The notes beneath the pieces are model-generated. The model made no database searches. It was not told where the DNA came from and worked only from the letters and a program-made list of their open reading frames with translations. A stretch of DNA of 64,000 nt from an uncultured Acidobacteriota bacterium (GTDB taxonomy: Bacteria; Acidobacteriota; Vicinamibacteria; Fen-336). The translations under genes and the position numbers were made by a program. The stretch's first letter is position 1. Each line of letters starts with the position of its first letter. This document shows, in pieces, positions 28,710 to 37,281 of this stretch. The stretch covers positions 502,834 to 566,833 of the forward strand of contig CAVUFF010000011.1 of assembly GCA_963740655.1 (NCBI GenBank), written 5' to 3'.

Positions 28710-29357
28710 TCAGCGGTCCACCTGCACGCTGCCGCAGACGCCGTCGTCGGTGCAGGCCTCGTAGAGCCCGCCGCCGTAGGCGTACAGGAGGAACTGGTTG
28801 TCCTCGTGGTTGTCGCAGTCGCCGGCGGCGCCGGTGCAGTAATGGCCGTTGCGCGTCCAGGTCGGGCCCGGCCGGTGCGTGTCGGCCGCGTACCCGATCG
28901 CGTAGATCTCGCAAGCGAAGCGGTCGGCGGAGCCCTCGATGCGGACCGGGCAGTCGAGGCGGCCGTCGGTGAAGCCGATCGCCGCGCAGTACGCACCGTC
29001 GTGCACGAGCGGCGTGACGTCGAGCGTGTACTTGTTCGGGCCGCGGATGTGGATCTTGGCGTTCATCCGCGAGATGCCGGGGGGCAGCGGGCTGCCGCAG
29101 CCTCCGCTGTCGGGCGGCGTGGGCGTCGGGGCGGGCGCCGGAGTCGGCGTCGGACCGGGCCCCGGCGCCGGCGGGGGCGGCGAGCTCGGCTTGGGCACAG
29201 GCGTCGCGGCCGGGATCACGGGAATCGCGACCTTCAGCACGCCCGACGCGGGCGCCTTGGGGGCCTCGGAGGGCTGAGTCGGCAGCTCTTCGGTGATCGT
29301 GTGACAGCCCACCAGAAGGAGGGCAGCAGCGGCCATCCCGAACAGGACTCGGTTCAT
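28710..29357 (-). CDS. Cys-rich PT-linker lipoprotein, paralog 3
   Basis: ATG at 29357. Lipobox MNRVLFGMAAAALLLVGC. PAP/PT linker. Same 8-Cys domain ending CGSVQVDR. Confidence 0.7.
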   Translation of the reverse strand: MNRVLFGMAAAALLLVGCHTITEELPTQPSEAPKAPASGVLKVAIPVIPAATPVPKPSSPPPPAPGPGPTPTPAPAPTPTPPDSGGCGSPLPPGISRMNAKIHIRGPNKYTLDVTPLVHDGAYCAAIGFTDGRLDCPVRIEGSADRFACEIYAIGYAADTHRPGPTWTRNGHYCTGAAGDCDNHEDNQFLLYAYGGGLYEACTDDGVCGSVQVDR

Positions 29358-29430
29358 GACACCCCTCGCCTAGAATTCACATCAGAAGGTCACATACAAC
29401 CTCGCATTCTGTCAAGCTTTTCTGATCCAG

Positions 29431-30579
29431 TTAGCCCAGAAAAGGTCGAACGATGGCCGCCGCCCGGCCGGAGGCACCCGGACCGCCGAGCCTTTGTCTC
29501 ACCTCGGCGAGCCCCGATTTCACGGCGGCGCGGTGCGCCGGGTCGTCGAGGAGGCGGCCTACCTCGCTCGCCACGGCCTCGGGCTGGAAGCCGCGCTGGA
29601 TGAGCTCCGCGACGACCCGCCGGCCGGCGATCAGGTTCGCCATCGCGTAGTGTGGAACGTGGACGAAGGGCCGGCCGAGCGCGTAGCTGAGCGGCGACAC
29701 GCGGTAGACGACGACCGAGGGCAGGTCGAGCAGGGCCGCTTCGACGGTCGCCGTACCCGAGGCCACGATCCCCGCCGTGGCCGCGCTCATGAGCGCGTGC
29801 GTCTCACCTGCGACTCGCTTCACGTCGAGCCCGCCGAGCGCCGCGTCGAAGATCGAGGGAGGTGTAGCGGGGGCCACCGCAAGCGCCGCCTGGAGCTGCG
29901 GGCGCTCGCGCAGCAGGAGGCGCAGCGCGCCCGCGATCGGCGGCAGGTTGTAGGCGATCTCCTGGCGCCGGCTCCCCGGCAGCACGGCGATTACCGGCCG
30001 CTCGGGATCGAGCCCGTGGGCGGCCAGGAAGGCCCGCGGGTCGCTGGCCGGGCGCAGCAGCTCCACCAGCGGGTGGCCGACGAAGCTCGCGCTCACTCCG
30101 GCCTCGCGATAGAAGGCCTCCTCGAACGGGAAGATCACGAGCATGCGCGCGACGTGGCGCCTTACCGCGCGCAGGCGGCCGCGCCGCCAGGCCCAGATCT
30201 GCGGCGAGACGTAGTAGACGACCGGGATCCCGCGCGCGTCGAGCGCGCGGGCGAGCCGGAGGTTGAAGCCGGCGTAGTCGACGAGGACGGCCGCATGTGG
30301 CCGCTCGCGGTCCACCTCCCGCAGCACCGAGCGGAACACCGCGCGCAGGCGACGCAGGTGGCGAAGCACCTCGACGAGCCCCACGACTGCGAGCTCGCTC
30401 ACGTGCGCGAGGAGGTGGGCTCCCTGGGCTCGCAGCCGGTCGCCGCCGAGCCCGAACACCTCGAGCTCGGGGACGTCCTCCCGGAGGTGGCTTACGAGCT
30501 CGCCCGCGTACAGGTCGCCGGACGGCTCGCCGCTCGAAACGAGGAGCCTTCGCCTCGCGGGCGGGGACGCTTCTGCCAC
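29431..30579 (-). CDS. lpxB: Lipid-A-disaccharide synthase
   Basis: N-terminal SSGEPSGDLYAGELV. GT19 family length and motifs (VDYAGFNLRLA, LPGSR). Confidence 0.9.
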   Translation of the reverse strand: MAEASPPARRRLLVSSGEPSGDLYAGELVSHLREDVPELEVFGLGGDRLRAQGAHLLAHVSELAVVGLVEVLRHLRRLRAVFRSVLREVDRERPHAAVLVDYAGFNLRLARALDARGIPVVYYVSPQIWAWRRGRLRAVRRHVARMLVIFPFEEAFYREAGVSASFVGHPLVELLRPASDPRAFLAAHGLDPERPVIAVLPGSRRQEIAYNLPPIAGALRLLLRERPQLQAALAVAPATPPSIFDAALGGLDVKRVAGETHALMSAATAGIVASGTATVEAALLDLPSVVVYRVSPLSYALGRPFVHVPHYAMANLIAGRRVVAELIQRGFQPEAVASEVGRLLDDPAHRAAVKSGLAEVRQRLGGPGASGRAAAIVRPFLG

Positions 30580-30756
30580 GGAGCGAGCAGTATATCGGGT
30601 GACAGCGCTGTCCCCGCGCGGAGACGGAGCCCGCGGTGCCGCCGGGCGTTACACTCGGAGACACCCGCCAGGTCAACGACTTGGCGGCACCGGCTCGCTC
30701 AGGCTACCGGCACGTGCGTTGCAACTTTGGCTAGGGGCGACAAGCACCTCGGGACG

Positions 30757-31791
30757 ATGGAGGCGAAGATGAGCGGTCGAACCGGCAAGCTGGTCCTGGC
30801 GGCGAGCCTGGCGCTCGCGCCGGGTATGCTGCTCGCGCAGGATCACGCCGTGCCTCGTGGCGGCGGCTCGAGCAGCTCGGGCGGGGGCTCGGACAGTGGC
30901 GCCCGCCACCCGGGTCCGAGCTCCTCGGGCGTTTCGTCGGGCTCGAGCTCGGGCGGGTCGAGCAGCTCGAGCACCTACGACGGCCACCAGCCGACCAACG
31001 CCGAGCGCCGGCACCCGCGCGCCGGCACGGGCACCGGCGGTGGCGGCGGCTACTATCCGGGCTATCCCGGCTACCCGGGCTATAGCTGGGGCTGGTACTA
31101 CCCGGGCTACGGCGGCTATTGGTGGCCGTACGGCTACTACGGCTGGTACGGCGGCTACGGCGGCTACGGCTATCCGGGCGGCGGCGGCGGCGCGGTCTAC
31201 TACAGCTCGGGCGGGAGCGAAGGCGGCTCGATCCGCGTGCTGGTCGATCCCGCCGAAGCTCGCGTGTACGTGGACGGCTACTACGCCGGTGTCGTCGACG
31301 ACTTCGACGGCCTGTTCCAGCGGCTGCACGTCGCGCCCGGCCGCCACGAGATCACGCTGAAGCTCGAGGGTTACCAGTCTTACCGGATGCGCGTCTACGT
31401 CGGGCCCGACGCGACCGTGAAGCTGCACCACGAGATGCAGCGCGGCAGCGGCGAGGCCTTCGAGGACCTGACGGGGGGCGCGCCGCCGCCGGAGCGGGAA
31501 GTGAGCCACGAGCGCGACGACGCCCCGGTCTCGCGCGACGAGCCGGCGCCGCCTCCCGACGAGCACGGCGGCGGCCGGCTCCGGCTGCGCGTGCAGCCCG
31601 AGGACGCGTCGGTCTACGTCGACGGCGCCTTCCGTGGCAGCGGCCGCGAAGCCGGCTCGCTGCTGCTCGCGCCGGGACGCCACCGGATCGAGATCGTGCG
31701 CCCGGGCTACCGCACCGCGGAGCAGGAGATCGAGGTCAAGCCGGGCGAGACGCTGCCGCTCGCGATCACGCTCGAGCGGCCGCAGACCTGA
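30757..31791 (+). CDS. Secreted Gly/Ser/Tyr-rich protein with two C-terminal PEGA domains
   Basis: Signal peptide. SSSGGG tract. GYYPGYPGYPGYSWGWYYPGYGGYWWPYGYYGWYGGYGGYGYPGGGG. Two PEGA units (IRVLVDPAEARVYVDGYYAGV...GRHEITL; LRLRVQPEDASVYVDGAFRGS...GRHRIEI). Confidence 0.75.
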   Translation: MEAKMSGRTGKLVLAASLALAPGMLLAQDHAVPRGGGSSSSGGGSDSGARHPGPSSSGVSSGSSSGGSSSSSTYDGHQPTNAERRHPRAGTGTGGGGGYYPGYPGYPGYSWGWYYPGYGGYWWPYGYYGWYGGYGGYGYPGGGGGAVYYSSGGSEGGSIRVLVDPAEARVYVDGYYAGVVDDFDGLFQRLHVAPGRHEITLKLEGYQSYRMRVYVGPDATVKLHHEMQRGSGEAFEDLTGGAPPPEREVSHERDDAPVSRDEPAPPPDEHGGGRLRLRVQPEDASVYVDGAFRGSGREAGSLLLAPGRHRIEIVRPGYRTAEQEIEVKPGETLPLAITLERPQT

Positions 31792-31825
31792 GCCGGCCGC
31801 CGGGCGAGCCGCGGCCGAGCGGGCG

Positions 31826-32848
31826 CTACGGGCCGGCCGCGGCCGTCGTCTGCGAGCGGGTGCCGCCGAACAGCTGGCGGAAGATGCGGCCGGCCACGGC
31901 CGAGGCGCCGTGGCCGCTGCCGTGCCGCAGGAACACCACGACCACCAGCTCGGGCCGGTCCGCCGGAGCGTAGGACGCGAACCAGCCGAGCGCGGCGCAG
32001 GTGCCGGTCTTTCCGGCCACCGCCACCTCGGGGTCGAACGCCGCGCTCGCCGAGCCCTCGTTGACCGCGGCGGCGAAGCCCGCGCTCAGGCCGTCGAGGC
32101 GCGTGCCTTCGGGCAGCCGCCAGCGCTCGCTCGCCGCGAAGCCTTCGGGGCCGCTCACCTGCGGCCGGAGCAGCACGCCGCCGTTCACGGTCGCCGAGAT
32201 CAGCACCGCGAGCTGCAGCGCCGAGGTCGCGATGCCCTCGGCGTGGCTCGAGAGGTGACCGACCGCCTCAGGGCGCACGAACGCGGGCACGAAGCCGGCG
32301 GCCTCGCCGGTCAGGTTGATGCCCGAGGGCTCGCCGAGGCCGAGCAGGTGCGCGTAGCGCTGCACGCGCTCGTAGCCGAGCTGCTCGCCGACCCACTCGA
32401 AGTACGGGTTGCACGAGACGGCGAGCGCGCGGCCGAGGTCGATCGTGCCGTGGCCGGCCCACATCCAGCAGCCCTTCGTGCAGCGGAAGGTCGTCTGCGG
32501 CGTGATGACGCCCTCGGACAGCCCCGCGATGCCGACGACGATCTTGAACACCGAGCACGGCTGAAACGCGCGCTGCATCCCGAGCGCCGGGTTGACGAGC
32601 GCGTGCACGCGACCGGTGAACGGATCCATGGCGACGACCGCGCCCTGGGCTCCCGCCAGGCCGGCGCGGGCCGCCTCGCCGACGGCCACGTCCCACGCGG
32701 AGGCGCTCGCGGGCAGCACGACGGAGGCGAGCGCGGGCGCGCGCCGCACGGGGCGCCGTGCGCGCCTGGCGGCCGCTGCCGGCGCGGCCGCGGCGAGCGA
32801 CACCCCGAGCGCCAGCGCGACGGCTGCGAGATGGGGCCGCTTCAGCAC
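31826..32848 (-). CDS. Penicillin-binding-protein/beta-lactamase-fold transpeptidase-like protein
   Basis: GTG start with signal peptide MLKRPHLAAVALALGVSLAAAA. SVFK (SXXK), SCN (SXN) and KTGT motifs. Confidence 0.65.
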   Translation of the reverse strand: MLKRPHLAAVALALGVSLAAAAPAAAARRARRPVRRAPALASVVLPASASAWDVAVGEAARAGLAGAQGAVVAMDPFTGRVHALVNPALGMQRAFQPCSVFKIVVGIAGLSEGVITPQTTFRCTKGCWMWAGHGTIDLGRALAVSCNPYFEWVGEQLGYERVQRYAHLLGLGEPSGINLTGEAAGFVPAFVRPEAVGHLSSHAEGIATSALQLAVLISATVNGGVLLRPQVSGPEGFAASERWRLPEGTRLDGLSAGFAAAVNEGSASAAFDPEVAVAGKTGTCAALGWFASYAPADRPELVVVVFLRHGSGHGASAVAGRIFRQLFGGTRSQTTAAAGP

Positions 32849-32963
32849 GCGCGGCGAGACTAGCACGGACCGTGCCGCCGCGTCGCGGCCGGCGCGCCCG
32901 GGCGTTGTGAAGCGCGTGCGGCAGCGCATAAAATCAATCATTCGAAGCAGAAGGAGAGGGCGC

Positions 32964-34415
32964 ATGACCGCTCGGTCGTTCCGGCTCGCACTACTCGGAG
33001 GGGCGCTCGCCGTCTGGCCCGCGCTCGCCACCGCCCAGAAACTGGACAAGGACGACAAGGCGTTCCTCGACGGCGTGAAGCCCATCATGCTGGCGGAGGA
33101 GGACAGGCTCTACCGCGGCCTCAAGGAGCGCTCCGACCGCCTCGAGTTCCAGAAGATCTTCTGGGCCCGCCGCGACCCCGACCTCGCCACGCCGGCGAAC
33201 GAGTACCAGGCGGAGTTCGAGAAGACGCGCGCCGAGGCCGACCGCCTCTACAGGATGCCCACGCAGCCGGGCTCGCTCACCGACTGCGGGCGCGTCTTCA
33301 TCCTGCTCGGCAAGCCCGACGAGGTGAAGCAGGAAGGCAGCAGCACCTCGCCCGGCCTGCGCGTGCCGGAGAGCTGGACATATCGCGACAACGGCAAGCG
33401 AACCTTCACCGGCGGCAAGGCGACGATCGCATTCGACGAGGAGTGCCGGGCTCCGGGCTCGCTCGCCGCGCAGATGGACCGGATCGCCGCGGCGCTCGTG
33501 GTGCAGCCGAACCTCGACTACAAGAAGGACAAGGACGGCCGGCTGGTCAAGCTCGCCGAGATGCTGCCGAAGGACTCGCCGGCGCGGGCGCTCATGAAGC
33601 AGCCGCGCCAGGACTTCGCGAGCGGCGTGCAGCCGGCGTACCTGAAGGTGGCGGACGGCGGCACGGCGCTGCTCGGGCTCGTGCGCGGCGACGCGTCGGG
33701 GTTCACCCCGACGAGCGGACCGGCGGGCAAGACGGTGACCGTGGCCGTCGGTGCGAGCGCCGTGAGCGCGGACGGGAAGGAGGCCGCGTGGACCGAGCAG
33801 ACCACGACGGCTCCGGTCGGAGCGGACGGCGCCTTCCTGGCGAGCTTCAAGCTGGCGCTGCGCCCCGGCAAGTACACGCTCAAGGTCGGAGCGGTCGAGC
33901 CGAAGAGCGGCAAGGGCTCGCTCGCGTCGATCCCGATCGAGGTGCCCGACTTCTCGAAGGTGGACACGGCTGCGGACGGGACCACGGCGCCGGTCCCCAC
34001 GGCGGGGACGCTGCTGTTCGTCTCGAAGGTCGACGACCTGCCGCCGGGGACGAAGGAGGATCCGAGCCACCCGTTCGCCGCCTTCGAGCTCGGCACGATG
34101 CGGCTCCACCCCTTCTTCGGCAGCTCGTTCACGAAGAGCGACGAGCTCAACATCGTGTTCCAGGTCTACGACCTCTCGGTGGACAAGACGACCGGCAAGG
34201 CGAACGCCACGGCCACGCTGTCGATCCTCAAGGACGGCACGACTCCGGTCGCCAAGCTGGACCAGCCGATCGAGGGCGCAATCGGCGGCGGCCTGATCGG
34301 CCCGGTCCCGCTCTCGGGCTATGGTCCCGGCAAGTACGTGGTGCAGCTCAAGGTCGCCGACCGGATCAGCAAGAAGGAAGTGCTGCAGGAGGCCCCGCTC
34401 GAGGTGAAGCCGTGA
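32964..34415 (+). CDS. GWxTD-domain secreted protein
   Basis: Signal peptide. KIFWARRDPDLATPANEYQAEF and GSLTDCGRVFILLGKPDEV (GWxTD-like core with W replaced by S). Long C-terminal beta-rich region. Confidence 0.55.
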   Translation: MTARSFRLALLGGALAVWPALATAQKLDKDDKAFLDGVKPIMLAEEDRLYRGLKERSDRLEFQKIFWARRDPDLATPANEYQAEFEKTRAEADRLYRMPTQPGSLTDCGRVFILLGKPDEVKQEGSSTSPGLRVPESWTYRDNGKRTFTGGKATIAFDEECRAPGSLAAQMDRIAAALVVQPNLDYKKDKDGRLVKLAEMLPKDSPARALMKQPRQDFASGVQPAYLKVADGGTALLGLVRGDASGFTPTSGPAGKTVTVAVGASAVSADGKEAAWTEQTTTAPVGADGAFLASFKLALRPGKYTLKVGAVEPKSGKGSLASIPIEVPDFSKVDTAADGTTAPVPTAGTLLFVSKVDDLPPGTKEDPSHPFAAFELGTMRLHPFFGSSFTKSDELNIVFQVYDLSVDKTTGKANATATLSILKDGTTPVAKLDQPIEGAIGGGLIGPVPLSGYGPGKYVVQLKVADRISKKEVLQEAPLEVKP

Positions 34416-34471
34416 CGGCGGCGGGTTCGGGCGGCGCCCAAGCGCCCCGATAGCCGGTCCAGGGCAGCAGC

Positions 34472-34744
34472 TTGAACAAGGCCGAGCTCGTCAAGCGTAT
34501 CGCGCGCGACACGGGCCTCTCGAAAGCGGACGTGGCGCGCGTGCTCGAGGGCTGCCTGGCGCAGGTCACTCGCGCGCTGCGCCGGGGCGAGGACGTGAAG
34601 CTCGTCGACTTCGGCACCTTCCTCGTGAGCCATCGCCGCGCACGCGCCGCGCACAATCCCCACACGGGCAGCGCCATGAAAGTGCCCGCCAGGAAGTGGC
34701 CGCGATTCTCCCCAGGCAAAAAACTAAGATCCCTGGTCCGTTAG
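34472..34744 (+). CDS. hup: HU/IHF-family nucleoid-associated DNA-binding protein
   Basis: TTG start. NKAELVKRIA..LSKADVARVLEG...GFGTF.V..R.AR.G.NP.TG pattern. 90 aa. Confidence 0.85.
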   Translation: MNKAELVKRIARDTGLSKADVARVLEGCLAQVTRALRRGEDVKLVDFGTFLVSHRRARAAHNPHTGSAMKVPARKWPRFSPGKKLRSLVR

Positions 34745-34758
34745 GCTAACAAGGGGGG

Positions 34759-34781
34759 TCTGGGGGGCGAAGCCCCCCAGA
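34759..34781. terminator. GC-rich hairpin (9-bp stem, 5-nt loop) immediately 3' of hup, with no T-tract
   Basis: tctgggggg-cgaag-ccccccaga lies 15 bp after the hup stop. Confidence 0.4.
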
Positions 34782-34796
34782 ACAAGAAAGTTAGCC

Positions 34797-34897
34797 GTTT
34801 CTCCCCCCTTCGAGAGCCGAGCTTGAAGAGTCGAAGGCCGAGCGCCCGTTTCTCCCACCTTCGAGAGCCGAGCTTGAAGAGTCGAAGGCCGAGCGCC
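34797..34897. repeat. Two tandem copies of a ~51-bp unit, each with an internal 7-bp inverted repeat
   Basis: gtttctcccc(c/a)cttcgagagccgagcttgaagagtcgaaggccgagcgcc appears twice with 1-2 mismatches. Internal ccttcga...tcgaagg stem. Lies in the 3' UTR region between hup and ctpA. Confidence 0.6.
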
Positions 34898-34929
34898 GGT
34901 CGAAAGCTGGAGGCTCGACCGCCGAGTCG

Positions 34930-36105
34930 CTAGGCCGCGGCCTTCGCCGGCGCCGCCTCCGCCTTCAGCACCTCGAGCGCCTTCTCGAGGATGCGGTCGG
35001 ACTTGGGTGCGCCCTCGACCGCGTCTTCGTCCTCCTCGGCGACCGGCACTGTGGGCGCCAGACCCTGGCCGTGGATGGAGGTGCCCTTCGGCGACATGTA
35101 TTTCGCGACCGTGAGCACGAGGCCGCCCTCGGGCAGCGGGATCGTCTTCGAGACGGCCGCGCGGCCGAAGGTGTGCTCGCCGACCAGCTTGGCGCGGCCG
35201 GCGTCGACGAGCGCCGCCGCGACGATCTCGCCCGGGCCGGCGGTGCCGTTCGTCACGAGCACGGCGAGCGGGCCCGACCAGGCGTTGTGCGAGGCGTCGG
35301 CCTGCAGCAGCTTCTCGTCGGCGCGGCGGCCGACCAGCTTCGTGACGAGACCGCCCTGCAGGAAGACTTCGGCGACCTTGGCTCCGTCCGCCGGGGATCC
35401 CCAGGCGGCGTCGCGTACGTCGAGCAGCAGCCGCGCCGCGCCCGAGCGCTTCAGCGTCTCCACCTGAGCGCGCACGTCGTCGCCGGTCGTGGCCGTGAAG
35501 TCGGACACCTTCACGTAGCCGGTGGCGTCTTCCAGCATGCGGCTCTGGACGGCCGCCGGGCGCAGGCGCTCGCGCACGACCGTCACGTCGAACGGGTCGG
35601 CGCCCGCGCGCAGCACCGACAGCTTCACCGAAGAGCCGGGCGCGCCGCGCAGCAGCCGCTCGGCGATCGGGGCCGGCATCGGGCGCGTGTGGCGCTCGTC
35701 GATCGCCTTGACGAGATCGCCCGGCTGGAGGCCGGCCTTCGCGGCGGGCGAGCCCGGCCGCGCGGCGACGACCATCACGAACGAGAAGCGGCGCGTCAGC
35801 ACCAGGCCGACCTCGGCGTCGGAGTCGTTCTGGGGCTGCTGCAGCTGCGCGTACTGCTCGGCGTCGAGGTACGCGCTGTCGCCGTCGAGCGCGTCGGCCA
35901 TCCCGAGCCGCGCCCCCGCCATCGCACGGTCGAGGTTCACGGGCTCGACGTAGGCGTCGAGCACCAGGCGGACCACCTCGTTGAAGATCGCGAGCTGCGC
36001 GTAGCTCGTGTCGCCGAGCGCCTTGCCGAGCAGAGCCCCCACGGCGATGTAGCCGATCAGGACGGTCGACGCGAGAGCGATCAGCAGACGCGAACGGTGG
36101 CTCAT
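34930..36105 (-). CDS. ctpA: Carboxyl-terminal processing protease (S41) with PDZ domain
   Basis: N-terminal TM segment. PDZ (GLQPGDLVKAIDE). S41 catalytic region (GPLAVLVTNGTAGPGEIVAAAL, GTSIHGQGLAP). Confidence 0.85.
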   Translation of the reverse strand: MSHRSRLLIALASTVLIGYIAVGALLGKALGDTSYAQLAIFNEVVRLVLDAYVEPVNLDRAMAGARLGMADALDGDSAYLDAEQYAQLQQPQNDSDAEVGLVLTRRFSFVMVVAARPGSPAAKAGLQPGDLVKAIDERHTRPMPAPIAERLLRGAPGSSVKLSVLRAGADPFDVTVVRERLRPAAVQSRMLEDATGYVKVSDFTATTGDDVRAQVETLKRSGAARLLLDVRDAAWGSPADGAKVAEVFLQGGLVTKLVGRRADEKLLQADASHNAWSGPLAVLVTNGTAGPGEIVAAALVDAGRAKLVGEHTFGRAAVSKTIPLPEGGLVLTVAKYMSPKGTSIHGQGLAPTVPVAEEDEDAVEGAPKSDRILEKALEVLKAEAAPAKAAA

Positions 36106-36117
36106 GAAATCAGGATA

Positions 36118-37281
36118 TCAGGGTTTGGCGAGCCAGGCCTCCGGATCTTCGGGCCGTCCCTGGTAGCGCATCTCGAAGTAGACGCCCGGTCCGTCCGGCC
36201 CGGCCACGTCGGCGTGGCCGAGCACGGCCCCGGCGGCGACATCCTGTCCATTGGACACGGCGAGCTCGGCGAGCTGGCCGTAGAGCGAGTAGTGCTTGCC
36301 CCCGTGGTCGAGGACCACGAGCAGCCCGTAGCCGCGGAAGCGGTCGGCGAACACGACCTTGCCGTCGTGCACGGCGCGCACCGGTGCGTCCGCGGCCGCC
36401 GCGATCTCGATGCCGTTGTGGATCGTGTAGGTGTCGAAGCGCGGGTGCTTGCGCCGGCCGAACGGCGTGCGGACCGCTCCCTCCACCGGCCAGGGGAGGC
36501 TGCCGCGGAAGGCCCCGAGTGGAACCTCGACGTCGCCCCCGCCGAGCCCTGCGAGCAGCTGCTGCAGCCGCCCCTCGGCCTGGCCGAGCTCTTCGACGTA
36601 CGCCGCGTTGAGCTCCTTGCGCTCGACGAGCGAGGTGAGCAGCTCGGTCTTGCGCTGGCGCTGCGCGTCCAGGTTGTGGCGCGCCGCGGCGAGGCGGTTT
36701 CTGAGCGCGATCGACTCCTGCGTGCGCTTCTCGAGCTCGGCCTTCTCGGTCGTGTGGGCCGCGAGGTCGGTCCGGAACTGCGCCACCCGCGCGTTGTCGC
36801 GGCGCGCGAGCGTCGTGATCAGGCGGTAGCCGCGGAAGAAGTCGGACGGCCGGTCGATCGAGAGCAGCAGGCGCAGGTAGCTCGTGTCGCCGAGCTTGTA
36901 GAGCGCGCGGGCGTGGCGCGCGAGCGCGGGCCGCGCCTCGGCCAGGCTCGCCTCGAGCTGGCGCACCCGGGCCGCCGCCTGGTCGAGCTGCGCGCGCGTG
37001 CGCTTCAGCGAGATCTGGATCTCGACGAGCTCGTCGCTGCGCAGCTGGAGCTCGAGCTCGAGCTGGTCGACCTCGCCGAGCAGGCTCTTCTCGTCGCCGC
37101 GCATCCGCTTGAGCTCCTGCTCGAGCGCGATCCGGCGCTCCTGCACCTTGCGCAGCCGCTCCTCGTCGCTGGCGGGGGCGGAAGCGAGCGCCTTGGCGGC
37201 GGCGGGCGCCGCGGACGAAGCACCCGGGGGCGGCTCCTGAGGAGCCGCGGCGAGCGCGACGAGGAGGAGCGCCGCCGTCAC
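36118..37281 (-). CDS. EnvC-like coiled-coil M23 peptidase (murein hydrolase activator)
   Basis: GTG start overlapping the upstream stop (GTGA). Long coiled-coil region. C-terminal M23 (HNGIEIAAAADAPVRAVHDGKVVFAD, LLVVLDHGGKHYSLYGQL). Confidence 0.8.
   Translation of the reverse strand: MTAALLLVALAAAPQEPPPGASSAAPAAAKALASAPASDEERLRKVQERRIALEQELKRMRGDEKSLLGEVDQLELELQLRSDELVEIQISLKRTRAQLDQAAARVRQLEASLAEARPALARHARALYKLGDTSYLRLLLSIDRPSDFFRGYRLITTLARRDNARVAQFRTDLAAHTTEKAELEKRTQESIALRNRLAAARHNLDAQRQRKTELLTSLVERKELNAAYVEELGQAEGRLQQLLAGLGGGDVEVPLGAFRGSLPWPVEGAVRTPFGRRKHPRFDTYTIHNGIEIAAAADAPVRAVHDGKVVFADRFRGYGLLVVLDHGGKHYSLYGQLAELAVSNGQDVAAGAVLGHADVAGPDGPGVYFEMRYQGRPEDPEAWLAKP

Noticed and set aside
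34797-34897. Possible CRISPR array
   Set aside because: It has only two directly adjacent repeat copies with no spacers and no cas genes nearby, so it is a simple tandem duplication or REP-like element.
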